From Thermoanaerobaculia bacterium (GTDB lineage Bacteria; Acidobacteriota; Thermoanaerobaculia; UBA5066; Gp7-AA6): a DNA stretch of 64,000 nucleotides. The notes under the pieces were generated by a model. That model was not told the origin of the DNA, did no database searches, and saw only the letters and a list, made by a program, of their open reading frames with translations. Positions within the stretch are counted from its first letter, which is position 1, and every line of letters starts with the position of its first letter. The position numbers and the translations under genes were made by a program. The stretch spans positions 4,245-68,244 of the forward strand of contig JBBSEW010000013.1 in the NCBI GenBank assembly GCA_038239305.1, written 5' to 3'. This document shows positions 18,607-29,948 of the stretch, in pieces.

Positions 18607-18626
18607 AAACCCCGGAAACGCCGGGG
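18607..18626 (-). terminator. weak hairpin after the activator gene (CCCCGG-cgttt-CCGGGG + TTT)
   Basis: Read on the minus strand, 80 nt after the activator stop. The U-tract is only 3 nt. Confidence 0.3.
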
Positions 18627-18706
18627 ATAGCCGAGCGAGACGGGATCGAGGGACCCGCGGATCGTCCAGGATCTGGACGCCGCTTTCCATTTTCCGGACA
18701 GGTCTC

Positions 18707-20055
<1,349 letters not shown>

Positions 20056-20059
<4 letters not shown>

Positions 20060-21465
20060 CGCGGCGGCGAGGGAACGGGAACGAGCGCTTCGAGGCCGGA
20101 GCCCGAGATCGAGGCGTCGAGGATCTCGATCGGGTGCGCCGCCGGAAGTCCGGCGCCGGAGAGACGGAGCATTTTCTGGATCTGCAGCGTGCAGCCGGGG
20201 TTGGCGGACGCCATGAGATCCGCGTTCGCCGCCCGCACTTGGTCTGCCTTGCGGGCGCCGATCTCGTCGGCGGACTCGGGCTGAACCAGGTTGTAGACGC
20301 CCGCGCTCCCGCAGCACGAGTCGCCCTCGGCGATCTCGACGAGCGTCAGCTCCGGGATTCCGCGCAGGAGTTCCCGCGGCTCGCTGCGAATCTTCTGGGC
20401 GTGCGCCAGGTGGCAGGCGTCGTGATACGCGACGCGCAGCGGCAGCGGATGCCGGGGGGCGACCGGCGGCATCGGCGCGAGGTATTCGCTGATGTCCCGC
20501 ACGAGCCCCGAGAAACGGGCCGCGCGGTCGGCCCACTGCGGGTCCGCTGCGAGAAGTCTTCCGTAGTCCTTCAGGTTCGAGCCGCACCCCGCGGCGTTCA
20601 CGAGAATGGCATCGACGGGCACCGGTCGAGTCTCGAAGCTCGCGATCAGCCGTCGCGCGAAATCGAGGCCCTCGTCCTCGCGACCCGCGTGCATCGAGAG
20701 AGCGCCGCAGCATCCCTGGTCCGGCGGGATCCACACCTCGCAACCCTCGGCCGACAGCACGCGCAGCGTGGCGGCGTTCACGCCGGGGAAAAAGACCCGC
20801 TGGACGCATCCCGCGACGAGCCCGACGCGCGCCCGGCGGAGACCCGTGGCCGCCACGCGCTCGGGAAGAACCACTCCGGAAGCGTCCGACGCCGGCGGAG
20901 CGAGGGACTCGAGCTGCGCGAGCCTCCGAGGCAGAACGCGGAGGATTCCGCTCCTCCGGACGAGATGCTGGATTCCGCTCGCGCGGTAGAACGCCAGAAT
21001 TCGGGCGATCACGCGCAGTCGCCTCGGATAGGGGAACAGCGCGAAGGGAAGGGCGCGATGTATCCGTTCGGCCAGGGGCCGACGGTACGAGCGCTCGATC
21101 GACGCCCGCGTCTCCTCGATCAGGACGTCGTAGCGCACGCCGGACGGGCACGCGGGCATGCATCCCATGCAGCCCAGGCAACGGTCGAAATGCGCGACCA
21201 CCGAATCGGTCAGCGCGATGGAGCCCTCGGCGAGCCCTCGCATGAGGTCGATTCGGCCGCGGGGCGAATCCATCTCTTCGCTCCACGAGACATACGTCGG
21301 GCAGGCGGGAAGGCAGAATCCGCAGTGCACGCAGTCATCCAGGAGGCTCCGCTCGATCCCCGGGCTCGCCCCCGGAAGCGGACCTCCGGCTCCGGCTCCG
21401 ATCAATCCGGTTCCGGTCGGACCGGTTCCGGTCGGAGAAGCCCCGCCTCCGGCGTTCCCGCTCAT
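20056..21465 (-). CDS. glcF: glycolate oxidase iron-sulfur subunit
   Basis: Two ferredoxin-type clusters (CVHCGFCLPACP, CLGCMGCMPACP) plus two CCG domains (..DQGCCGA.., ..GDSCCGSAG..). Confidence 0.8.
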
Positions 21466-21469
21466 GGTC

Positions 21470-22747
21470 CTACAACCCTCCCACGAAACGGCCCGGCGCG
21501 AGGCGCCGCTCGGGGTCGAATCGGTCCTTCATCGACTCCATGACGCCGAAGGAGGCGGGCGGAGAGCCCCACGGGTCGAATCGCCCGCGGATGGCGTCGG
21601 GCAAAGCGCCGACGACGAGCGAGCCGCCGAGCCGCCCCACGGCTTCGCGCGCCCGGGCGAGGGCGGGGAGAACGGCGGCGGGCGCCGGTTTGCCATCCGC
21701 GGATTCGAAGTCGCCTCCGATCCGGGCGAGACCGAGCGTCGGGTACGCGACCAGGCGCGGGGAGCTCAATACGGATCCGATCGAAACGAGCGCTTCGCGG
21801 ACCACGATCTCGAACGCGTCGCGGGGCGCCGCGAGCCGAACCCGAAGCGACCCGGAATCTCTCGCGGCATCGTGCCGCGCGGCGAGCTCGGCCACGGCCC
21901 CTTCGTCGCAGGTCTCCACCCGGGCTCCGGCCCTCGCCATGAACCGGTCGCGCTGCTCCGCCACTCCCTTCGAAAATCCCTCGAACCGCACGGCCACGTC
22001 GAACCGGCCCGCAGGGGACGTTCCGAGCGCGATCACGGCCGCCGGCTCGAGCGCGGATTCGCGCATTCCGTCCATGAGCACCCGGACCTCCCCGGCCGTG
22101 CAGGCTCGGACGAGCACCGCGCATCGCGCTTCCGGGACCGGATGCAGCCGGAAGGTCGCCGTCGTGATCATGCCGAGCGTCCCGAGAGATCCCACCATCA
22201 GCTTCGGCAGATCGAACCCGGCGACGTTCTTGACGACCTTCCCGCCGCCGCGCGCGGACGCGCCATCGGCCCTCAGGAACGAGACCCCGATGAGCAGATC
22301 GCGGACCGACCCGTATCGCGTTCGCAGCTCCCCCCAGGCGTTTGCCGCGACCACGCCTCCCACCGTCGCGAGCTCCGGCCGGACCGGGTCGAGGGCGAGC
22401 CGCTGGCCGTGCTCCGAGAGCCGGCGCTGAAGGGCCGCAATCGTGACCCCCGCCTCCGCGACGACGATCTGATCGGAAGGGGCGTGCTCCAAAATCCGCA
22501 TAAGGCCCCCCGTCTCGACCACGGCATCGAGTCGGGTCGGGGAAGCGCCGAGCTCGATGTCCGTACGGCCGCCCGCGAACCCGAGCGCCCGCTTTTCGCG
22601 GGCGCACTCCTCGATCACGGCGGCGGCTTCGTCTTGATTCTGCGGAGCGAACACGAGCGTCGGTCGAACGCCGCCGACGGCATCGGCGGGTAAACCGGGA
22701 CGCCTCGCGGCGGCCTCCGCCCGGACGGCTCCCCCTCCTTCGTTCAC
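21470..22747 (-). CDS. glcE: glycolate oxidase FAD-binding subunit
   Basis: FAD-binding PCMH-type domain (..GGRTDIELG..VAEAGVTIAAL..KNVAGFDLPKLMVGSLGTLG..). The GTG start overlaps the glcD stop (GTGA); the start choice is uncertain. Confidence 0.7.
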   Translation of the reverse strand: MNEGGGAVRAEAAARRPGLPADAVGGVRPTLVFAPQNQDEAAAVIEECAREKRALGFAGGRTDIELGASPTRLDAVVETGGLMRILEHAPSDQIVVAEAGVTIAALQRRLSEHGQRLALDPVRPELATVGGVVAANAWGELRTRYGSVRDLLIGVSFLRADGASARGGGKVVKNVAGFDLPKLMVGSLGTLGMITTATFRLHPVPEARCAVLVRACTAGEVRVLMDGMRESALEPAAVIALGTSPAGRFDVAVRFEGFSKGVAEQRDRFMARAGARVETCDEGAVAELAARHDAARDSGSLRVRLAAPRDAFEIVVREALVSIGSVLSSPRLVAYPTLGLARIGGDFESADGKPAPAAVLPALARAREAVGRLGGSLVVGALPDAIRGRFDPWGSPPASFGVMESMKDRFDPERRLAPGRFVGGL

Positions 22748-24240
22748 CCGCGGCCCGCGAGGCCGGAGGTCTCGGCCGCGTGGGCGCGGTAGGGTCCGGG
22801 ACGATCTCCGCAGAGCCGGGGCGTCGGAAAGACCTTTCCCGGATTGAACCGGTTGTCGGGATCGAAGGCACAGCGCACGCGTCCCATCGTCTCGAGGTCC
22901 GTCTCTCCGAACATCTCCGCCATGTAGGGAGCCTTGTCCTTGCCCACGCCGTGCTCGCCCGTGATCGAACCGCCGGACCGGATGCAGATTCGGAGGATCT
23001 CGCCGCCGAGCTCCTCGGCCCTTTGCTCCTGCCCGGCGACACTCGCATCGTAGAGAACGAGGGGATGGAGGTTCCCGTCGCCCGCGTGGAAGACGTTGGC
23101 GACCCGGAGCCCGAAATCCTTCGACAGTTTCTCGATCTCGCGCAGCACGCGCGCGATCTCGGAGCGCGGGATGACGCCGTCCTGCACGATGTAGTTCGGG
23201 CTGATGCGCCCCACCGCGGCAAAGGCGCTCTTGCGCCCCTTCCACATGAGGATCCGCTCGTTCTCGTCGAGTGGAACGCGAATCTCGATCGCTCCAGCCT
23301 CCCGCGCGAGGCGAGTCGCGGACTCCGACGTGTGCTCGACCTCCGCGCGCGTTCCGTCGACGTCCATGAGCAGCGCCGCGCCGACGTCCGGCCAGTCCAG
23401 CCCCGTCGCGGCCTTCGCGGCGACGATCGCCAGCCGGTCCATCATTTCGATCGCCGCGGGCACGATTCCGGACGCGATGATCGCGGACACGGCCTCCCCC
23501 GCCTCGTCGGTCGACGGAAAGGTCGCGAAGAACGTCCGGGTCGCCTCCGGCTTGCGGAGAATTCGCAGCACGACCTCGGTGACGATCCCGAGAGTCCCTT
23601 CGCTTCCCACCATCACGCCGAGGAGGTCGTAGCCTGGCGGATCGAGCACGGGGCCGCCGACTTCGAGAACCGATCCGTCCCCGAGTACCATCCGGACTCC
23701 GAGGACGTGGTTCACCGTGAACCCGTACTTCAGGCAGTGCGCGCCGCCCGAGTTCTCCGCCACGTTGCCGCCGATCGTGCAGACGCTCTGCGACGACGGA
23801 TCCGGAGCGTAGTAGTACCCCTCGGGTGAGATCCGCTTCGTCACGTCGAGGTTGATGACGCCGGGCTCGACGCGCATCCAGCCGCCGGCGTAGTCGATCT
23901 CGAGGATGCGCTTCATGCGCGAAAGCCCGATCACGATCCCGCCGGGAACCGGCAGCGCACCGCCCGACAGGCCCGTTCCCGCGCCGCGCGGGACGACGGG
24001 CACGCCCGCGTCCCGGGCGAGACGCACCACTGCCGCGACTTCCTCCGTCGAGGCCGGCAGGGCGACGACCGCCGGACGCTCGCGGAAGCTGGTCAACCCG
24101 TCGCACTCATAGGTGCGGAGGTCCTCCGGTCGGAAGAAGCAGTGCGAGTCACCCACCACGGCCGCGATTTTCCGGGCGAGGGCTGGATGGGAGACGTCCG
24201 GAGCCGGAGCCGGAGCCGGAGCCAGGGAGTTCGGCCCCAC
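22744..24240 (-). CDS. glcD: glycolate oxidase subunit GlcD (FAD-linked oxidase)
   Basis: ..VVPRGAGTGLSGGALP..CTIGGNVAENSGGAHCLKYG..GSITGEHGVGKDK.. The start is assigned to GTG 24240; the N-terminus carries an APAPAPAP repeat, so the start is uncertain. Confidence 0.8.
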   Translation of the reverse strand: MGPNSLAPAPAPAPDVSHPALARKIAAVVGDSHCFFRPEDLRTYECDGLTSFRERPAVVALPASTEEVAAVVRLARDAGVPVVPRGAGTGLSGGALPVPGGIVIGLSRMKRILEIDYAGGWMRVEPGVINLDVTKRISPEGYYYAPDPSSQSVCTIGGNVAENSGGAHCLKYGFTVNHVLGVRMVLGDGSVLEVGGPVLDPPGYDLLGVMVGSEGTLGIVTEVVLRILRKPEATRTFFATFPSTDEAGEAVSAIIASGIVPAAIEMMDRLAIVAAKAATGLDWPDVGAALLMDVDGTRAEVEHTSESATRLAREAGAIEIRVPLDENERILMWKGRKSAFAAVGRISPNYIVQDGVIPRSEIARVLREIEKLSKDFGLRVANVFHAGDGNLHPLVLYDASVAGQEQRAEELGGEILRICIRSGGSITGEHGVGKDKAPYMAEMFGETDLETMGRVRCAFDPDNRFNPGKVFPTPRLCGDRPGPYRAHAAETSGLAGRG

Positions 24241-24266
24241 CGATCGGGAGGACTCCTGCCGGTCCC

Positions 24267-25850
24267 TCAGTCGAGATACCGGTAGGCCGGAAGAGTCAGG
24301 AATTCGGCGAACATTGCGGATGCCACGAGCCCGTCCAGTATCTCGGCGGCATCCTGGAGCTTCCCGGCTCCCGCGCCGCTCTTCTCGAGGTGGGCGACTT
24401 CCTCGTCCCGGATCTGGCGGTACAGCTCGACCGTCGCCGGGCGGCCATCCGCCAGCGCGGCGCGATTGTGAATCCACTGCCAGAGCTGCGACCGGGAGAT
24501 CTCCGCGGTCGCGACATCCTCCATGAGGTTGAAGATCGCCGCCGCGCCGTTTCCCGAGAGCCAGGAGCTCAGGTACTGGAGCCCCACGTTCACGTCGTTG
24601 CGGAATCCCGCCTCGGTGATTGCGCCGCCCGGCACGCGCGTATCGAGAAGGCGCGCCGCTTCCGGTTGAACGTCGTCCCGGAGGCGGTCCTTCTGGTGCG
24701 GCCGGTCGCCGAGAGCTTTCTCGAAGACCTCCATCGCCACGGCAACGAGATCCGGATGGGCGACCCACGTGCCGTCGAAGCCGTCCCCGGCTTCCCGCTG
24801 CTTGTCCTCGCGCACCTTTGCGAGTGCCGCCTCGGTGACCTCCGGATCCTTCCGATTCGGGACGAACGCGGCCATACCGCCCATCGCGTGCGCGCCGCGC
24901 CGGTGGCAGGTCGCCACGAGAAGGTCCGTATACGCCCGCATGAACGGCACGGTCATCGTGAGCTGCGAGCGGTCCGGGAGCACCCGGTCCTTCCGGTTGC
25001 GAAGCGTCTTGATCGTCGAGAAGAGGTAGTCCCAGCGCCCGGCGTTCAGGCCGCTCGCATGGGTGCGCAGCTCGTACAGGATCTCTTCCATCTCGAACGC
25101 GGCAGGCAGTGTCTCGATCAGGACCGTCGCGCGAAAAGTGCCGCGCGGTATCGAAAGCTCGTCCTGGGCGAAATCGAACACGTCATTCCACAGGCGCGCC
25201 TCGAGATGGCTCTCCATCTTGGGGAGGTAGAAGTAGGGCGCCGTCCCGCGCGACAGCCTTTCGGCGGCGTTGTGGAAGACGTACAGGCCGAAGTCGAAGA
25301 GGCTCGCGGAAACGGGAGCACCGTCGACGGAGACGTGCTTCTCGGAGAGGTGCCAGCCGCGCGGCCGCACGAGCAGCGTCGCGGTCGTCGGGTTCAGACG
25401 GTAGGACTTGCCGCCGCCCGCGGGCGCCTCGATCGAGATCGTCGCGCGAACGGCGTCCTGGAGGTTCGCCTGGCCACGGACCACGTTCTCCCAGGTCGGC
25501 GAGAGCGAGTCCTCGAAGTCGGCCATGAATACGGACGCCCCGGAGTTCAGCGCGTTGATCATCATCTTTCGTTCGACGGGGCCCGTGATCTCCACCCAGC
25601 GCTTCGAGAGGTCCGCGGGCGCGGGCGCGACCGTCCAGGCCCCCGCGCGAACGGAGGCCGTCTCGGCCGGAAAGTCGGGAAGCTCGCCGGCATCGAATCG
25701 CAGCTGGCGCTCGGCCCGCCGGGCGAGAAGCGCGCTTCGAGTCGGCTCGAACCTCCGCGACAGCTTCGCGAGAAAGGCGAGGGACTCCGGGGTCAGGACC
25801 CTCGCGTCGTCGGCGGTGGGGGTTCCCTGGATGCGGATTCCCGAGTCCAT
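24267..25850 (-). CDS. aceB: malate synthase A
   Basis: 527 aa with ..[58 protein letters not shown].. GGAGG RBS before the ATG at 25850. Confidence 0.85.
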   Translation of the reverse strand: MDSGIRIQGTPTADDARVLTPESLAFLAKLSRRFEPTRSALLARRAERQLRFDAGELPDFPAETASVRAGAWTVAPAPADLSKRWVEITGPVERKMMINALNSGASVFMADFEDSLSPTWENVVRGQANLQDAVRATISIEAPAGGGKSYRLNPTTATLLVRPRGWHLSEKHVSVDGAPVSASLFDFGLYVFHNAAERLSRGTAPYFYLPKMESHLEARLWNDVFDFAQDELSIPRGTFRATVLIETLPAAFEMEEILYELRTHASGLNAGRWDYLFSTIKTLRNRKDRVLPDRSQLTMTVPFMRAYTDLLVATCHRRGAHAMGGMAAFVPNRKDPEVTEAALAKVREDKQREAGDGFDGTWVAHPDLVAVAMEVFEKALGDRPHQKDRLRDDVQPEAARLLDTRVPGGAITEAGFRNDVNVGLQYLSSWLSGNGAAAIFNLMEDVATAEISRSQLWQWIHNRAALADGRPATVELYRQIRDEEVAHLEKSGAGAGKLQDAAEILDGLVASAMFAEFLTLPAYRYLD

Positions 25851-26034
25851 GCTTGCCTCCGGGTCGGAAACGAGGGCGAGCCTAACACCGGGGGCCGGCC
25901 CGGGAAATCCGCAGCCGCACACTTTCCCGTGCGCTACGGGCTTCCGGTGGAATACGATTCGCCCCAAGCCAAGCGGAAGGGACGAGCCGGAGCCTCCGGC
26001 GGATGGCTCCAGAACAGGAGACGCGATGAAGGAT

Positions 26035-27324
26035 CGTCGTAAGCAACCCGCCCCGGGCGGTCTCGGTCGACGCGATTTTCTCAAGGCCACCCTCGCGACC
26101 GGCGCGGCGCTCGCGGCGCCCGTCGTCTTTTCGAAGGGTGTCTTCGCACAGGACCGCGTACTCAAAGTCGTTCACTGGAAGCACTTCGTGCCCGACTACG
26201 ACAAGTACTTCGACGTTTTCGCGAAGGAGTTCGGCGAGAAGAACAAGTGCCGCGTGGAAGTCGATTACGTCGCCACCGCGGACCTGCCGACCGCCATCGC
26301 CGCCGACATTTCCCGCGGCGGCGGCCACGACGTCTTCCACCTGAACGGCACGGGCGCCTGGCTCTACGACAAGACGCTCGTCGACGTTTCCGACGTGGCG
26401 AACCGGCTCGGCAAGGAGTTCGGCGGGTGGCTGCCGGAGGCGAAGGACATCGGAATGGTGCGCGGCAAGTGGCTGGCGGTGCCCCACTGGTACATCGCGT
26501 ATCCCTTCATCATCAACCGCGGTTACTTCCAACAGGCGGGCGCCGACTACACCGACAAGACGACCTGGCAGGATCTCATCACTTCCGGCGCCAAGCTCAA
26601 GAAGGCGGGCTACCCGTTCGGCATACCGTTCTCGCAGACGCCCGACTCGAACGACAACCTCCTGCCCCTCATGCTCTCCTTCGGCGCTTACCTCTATGAC
26701 AAGGATGGCAACATCGACTTCCACAAGAAGGAGATCGTCGAGGTCCTGAAGTACGGCGAGTCGTTCTTCAAGGAGACGATGACCGACGAAGTCCTCTCCT
26801 GGGACGACACTTCGAACAACCGCTTCATCGCGTCCGGAAAGGGCTCGCTCGTCTGCAATCCGATCAGCGCCTACCGCACCGCGGCGAAGGACAACCCGGA
26901 CGTGTACAAGAACCTGGAAGTCGTCAAGTGCCCGATCGGTCCGAAGGGCCGAGTGAACGGCGCGCGCACGATGTCCTACGGCATCTACAATTTCTCGAAG
27001 GCCCAGGACCTCGGGAAGGAGTTCCTGTACGCGATGAACGCCGCGGGCCTGAAGGGCATGGACGCCTCGACGGGCTACAACCATCCGTTCCTGAAGGCCT
27101 TCTGGAAGAAGCCCATGCCCGTCATCGGCAACGAGCCCAAGCTCGCTCTTCTGCAGGACTTCCAGAACGAGGTGAAATTCATCGGATATCCCGGTCCGAT
27201 GACGAAAACGGCGACCACCATGTATGCCAAGTTCGTCGTGCCGACGATGTTCGCGGAAGTCGCCAAGGGCAAGGCTCCGCGGACCGCGATGGAAGAGGCC
27301 GAGCAGAAGCTGCGTGCGATCTAA
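26035..27324 (+). CDS. ABC transporter substrate-binding protein (CUT1/sugar-type family) with Tat signal
   Basis: [21 protein letters not shown] twin-arginine leader. 429 aa solute-binding fold. AGGAG RBS. Confidence 0.75.
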   Translation, partial: RRKQPAPGGLGRRDFLKATLATGAALAAPVVFSKGVFAQDRVLKVVHWKHFVPDYDKYFDVFAKEFGEKNKCRVEVDYVATADLPTAIAADISRGGGHDVFHLNGTGAWLYDKTLVDVSDVANRLGKEFGGWLPEAKDIGMVRGKWLAVPHWYIAYPFIINRGYFQQAGADYTDKTTWQDLITSGAKLKKAGYPFGIPFSQTPDSNDNLLPLMLSFGAYLYDKDGNIDFHKKEIVEVLKYGESFFKETMTDEVLSWDDTSNNRFIASGKGSLVCNPISAYRTAAKDNPDVYKNLEVVKCPIGPKGRVNGARTMSYGIYNFSKAQDLGKEFLYAMNAAGLKGMDASTGYNHPFLKAFWKKPMPVIGNEPKLALLQDFQNEVKFIGYPGPMTKTATTMYAKFVVPTMFAEVAKGKAPRTAMEEAEQKLRAI

Positions 27325-27360
27325 ACGCCGGCGGCACTCGCCGCCGACGGGCCCCGCGAG

Positions 27361-27394
27361 CCTTCGCCCTCTCCCGCCGGGAGAGGGGCGAAGG
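27361..27394. repeat. REP-like hairpin CCTTCGCCCTCTCCC-GCC-GGGAGAGGGGCGAAGG
   Basis: 15/16-bp imperfect palindrome 37 nt after the binding-protein stop. Followed by a TTCCGA x3 word repeat (27426-27443). Confidence 0.8.
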
Positions 27395-27454
27395 GAGGGA
27401 TTTCCTCTGGCGGCGACGGCGAGTCTTCCGATTCCGATTCCGAGCTAGCCCTCG

Positions 27455-28579
27455 ATGGCTGACGTCGTCCTCGAAAAGGTCGAGAAGCGCTTCGGAGACG
27501 TCCGCGCCGTCGCCGGAATCGACCTGACCGTCCGCGATCAGGAGTTTCTGATTCTCGTCGGCCCGTCGGGATGCGGCAAGACCACCACGCTCCGCATGAT
27601 CGCGGGGCTCGAGGAGGTCTCGGGCGGCGACATCCGGATCGGGGGACGGTCCGTGACGCACCTGCCGCCCCGCGACCGCGACATCGCGATGGTGTTCCAG
27701 AGCTACGCGCTCTACCCTCACATGAACGTCGCCCGCAACATGTCCTTCTCGCTCCGGTTGCGCGGCATGCCGAAGGCGGAAATCGAGACCCGCGTCCGCG
27801 AGGTCGCCGCCATCCTCGGCCTCGGGGAGCATCTCGACCGCAAACCCCGGCAGCTCTCGGGCGGCCAGCGGCAGCGCGTCGCCGTCGGTGCGGCGCTCTG
27901 CCGGCGGGCCGGAGTTCTCCTCTTCGACGAGCCGCTCTCGAATCTCGACGCCAAGCTGCGGATCCACATGCGGACCGAACTCAAACGCCTTCACCAGAGC
28001 GTCCGATCCACCATGGTCTATGTGACGCACGACCAGGTCGAGGCCATGACGATGGGTGATCGGATCGTGATCATGAATCACGGCGAGATCTGCCAGGTGG
28101 GCACGCCGCTGGAGGTCTATGACCACCCGGCGAGCCTGTTCGTTGCGGGATTCATCGGGAGCCCGCCGATGAACTTCTTCGAAGGCGAGATCGCGCCTCC
28201 GGATGGAAGCGGTGAGGCGCTTTCCCTGAAGCTCACGGGCGGCGTCGTTCTGCCGCTCCCCCGGCCGGAGCTCGCCGGCGCATCCGGGCGCCGCGTCATG
28301 TTCGGAATCCGACCCGAGCACATCTCGGTGGCCTCAGCCGGCAAGGCGCTGTCCGACGTCCTCTGGGCCGCGATCGGCACTCCTGCGAAGGTCCCCGCGA
28401 CGATCGACGTCGTCGAGCCGCTCGGGCATCGCGTCGTCGTGACGGCGCGCAGCTCGGCAGGGACGTTTCAGATGGAGACGGAAATCCACGCCGGGGTCCG
28501 GCCGCAGGACACGGTCGATCTCTGGTTCGACATGAGCCGCGCCTACCTCTTCGACCGCGAGACGGAGAAGGTTCTGTGA
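27455..28579 (+). CDS. ABC transporter ATP-binding protein (MalK/UgpC-like, with C-terminal regulatory domain)
   Basis: GPSGCGKTT Walker A, LSGGQRQRVAVG signature, LLFDEPLSNLD Walker B, plus a TOBE-like C-terminus. Confidence 0.85.
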   Translation: MADVVLEKVEKRFGDVRAVAGIDLTVRDQEFLILVGPSGCGKTTTLRMIAGLEEVSGGDIRIGGRSVTHLPPRDRDIAMVFQSYALYPHMNVARNMSFSLRLRGMPKAEIETRVREVAAILGLGEHLDRKPRQLSGGQRQRVAVGAALCRRAGVLLFDEPLSNLDAKLRIHMRTELKRLHQSVRSTMVYVTHDQVEAMTMGDRIVIMNHGEICQVGTPLEVYDHPASLFVAGFIGSPPMNFFEGEIAPPDGSGEALSLKLTGGVVLPLPRPELAGASGRRVMFGIRPEHISVASAGKALSDVLWAAIGTPAKVPATIDVVEPLGHRVVVTARSSAGTFQMETEIHAGVRPQDTVDLWFDMSRAYLFDRETEKVL

Positions 28580-29940
28580 CGCCCGGCGATGGCGAGCCCG
28601 GACCCGGCCCGGCGGCGGAGGGTCCGACTCTTCGACCCGCGGCGGCGAGCCGGCCCCGTCTCCTCGACCGGGAAGCTCCCCTCGGCTACATCCTCGTCCT
28701 TCCCGCGATCCTCTATCTCGGAATCTTCATCGCCTATCCGTTCGGCATGTCGATCTGGATGAGCTTCACCGACGCCCAGGCCGGCAACCCGAAGTGGACG
28801 TTCGTCGGCGCGAGCAACTACTCGAAAATCGAGAGCTACGAGATCCACGCGAACGACTTCGTCCTCGCGACGCTTCCGGACGCCGATGCGGCCCGGCGAT
28901 TCATCGCGAAGAAGGCGGAGGGAAAGGTGACGACCGCGCCGGCCGCGGGCGGGCTCTTCCGGGCGACGCTCTCCGTGGACGGAAAAACGATTCCGCTGGT
29001 TGCCATGCCGAAGGAGACCGACGCGTCATATCTGGGCAGCACGATCGCGTCCGACCTCGACTGGAAGCAGGAGGCGGGTAAGGAACGTGCCGGACCGGTG
29101 CGGGTCATCGCCCACGCCGGCGACTCCCCCGTTACGTTTGGTCCCTTTCCCGACCGCGCCGCGCTCGACCGGGGTCGAAACCAGTCCATCCTCGTGCCCG
29201 CGCGGCTCGACGTCCGCACGAACGGCAAGGGCGTCATGCAGGATCCGACGTTTCTGCTCGCTCTGAAGAACACGTTCCAGTACACGTTCGGAACAGAGAT
29301 CATCAAGCTGCTGCTGGGCGTCCCGTGCGCCATGCTCCTGAACCGGAAATTCCGCGGCCGCCGGCTTCTGCGGGGCCTGATCGTGATCCCGTGGGTCATC
29401 CCGATCGCGCTTTCGGCCCAGGGATGGCTCTGGATCCTCGACTCCTCCTACAGCGTCATCAACTGGTTTCTCGTCCATTCGGGCGTCCTGTCGCCCGCGA
29501 ACATCATCAATTTTCGGGGCGACAAGAACTGGGCAATGCTGTCGGTGATTACCGTCAACGTTTGGCGCGGGTTTCCCTTCACGACGATCATGATCCTCGC
29601 GGGTCTCACGACGATTCCGGACGAGATCCTCGAGCGGGCGCGGCTCGACGGCGCGAACGCCATGCAGCGATTCGTCCACATCATCTCGCCGATGGTGCGG
29701 CCGATCCTGCTCGTATCGCTTCTCTTCTCGATCATCTTCTCGTTCACGGACTTCAACACGATCTGGATCATCACGAAGGGCGGACCGTACGACCAGACGC
29801 AGGTGCTCTCGACCTACGCCTACCAGCTCGGCGTCAACGGAGGGTTCCTCGGCCGGGGAGCGGCCGTATCCCTGTTCATGTTTCCGATCATGGCCGTGAT
29901 GGTGTTCTTCATGCTGCAGTTCCTGCGGCGAGAGGCATAG
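28576..29940 (+). CDS. ABC transporter permease (MalF/UgpA-like) with ~135-aa insertion in the first periplasmic loop
   Basis: EAA loop (ERARLDGANAMQRFVHII). The insert between ..FVGASNYSKI and MQDPTFLLALKNTF.. has no counterpart in ordinary UgpA-type permeases. Confidence 0.8.
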   Translation: MTPGDGEPGPGPAAEGPTLRPAAASRPRLLDREAPLGYILVLPAILYLGIFIAYPFGMSIWMSFTDAQAGNPKWTFVGASNYSKIESYEIHANDFVLATLPDADAARRFIAKKAEGKVTTAPAAGGLFRATLSVDGKTIPLVAMPKETDASYLGSTIASDLDWKQEAGKERAGPVRVIAHAGDSPVTFGPFPDRAALDRGRNQSILVPARLDVRTNGKGVMQDPTFLLALKNTFQYTFGTEIIKLLLGVPCAMLLNRKFRGRRLLRGLIVIPWVIPIALSAQGWLWILDSSYSVINWFLVHSGVLSPANIINFRGDKNWAMLSVITVNVWRGFPFTTIMILAGLTTIPDEILERARLDGANAMQRFVHIISPMVRPILLVSLLFSIIFSFTDFNTIWIITKGGPYDQTQVLSTYAYQLGVNGGFLGRGAAVSLFMFPIMAVMVFFMLQFLRREA

Positions 29941-29948
29941 AGACGTCG

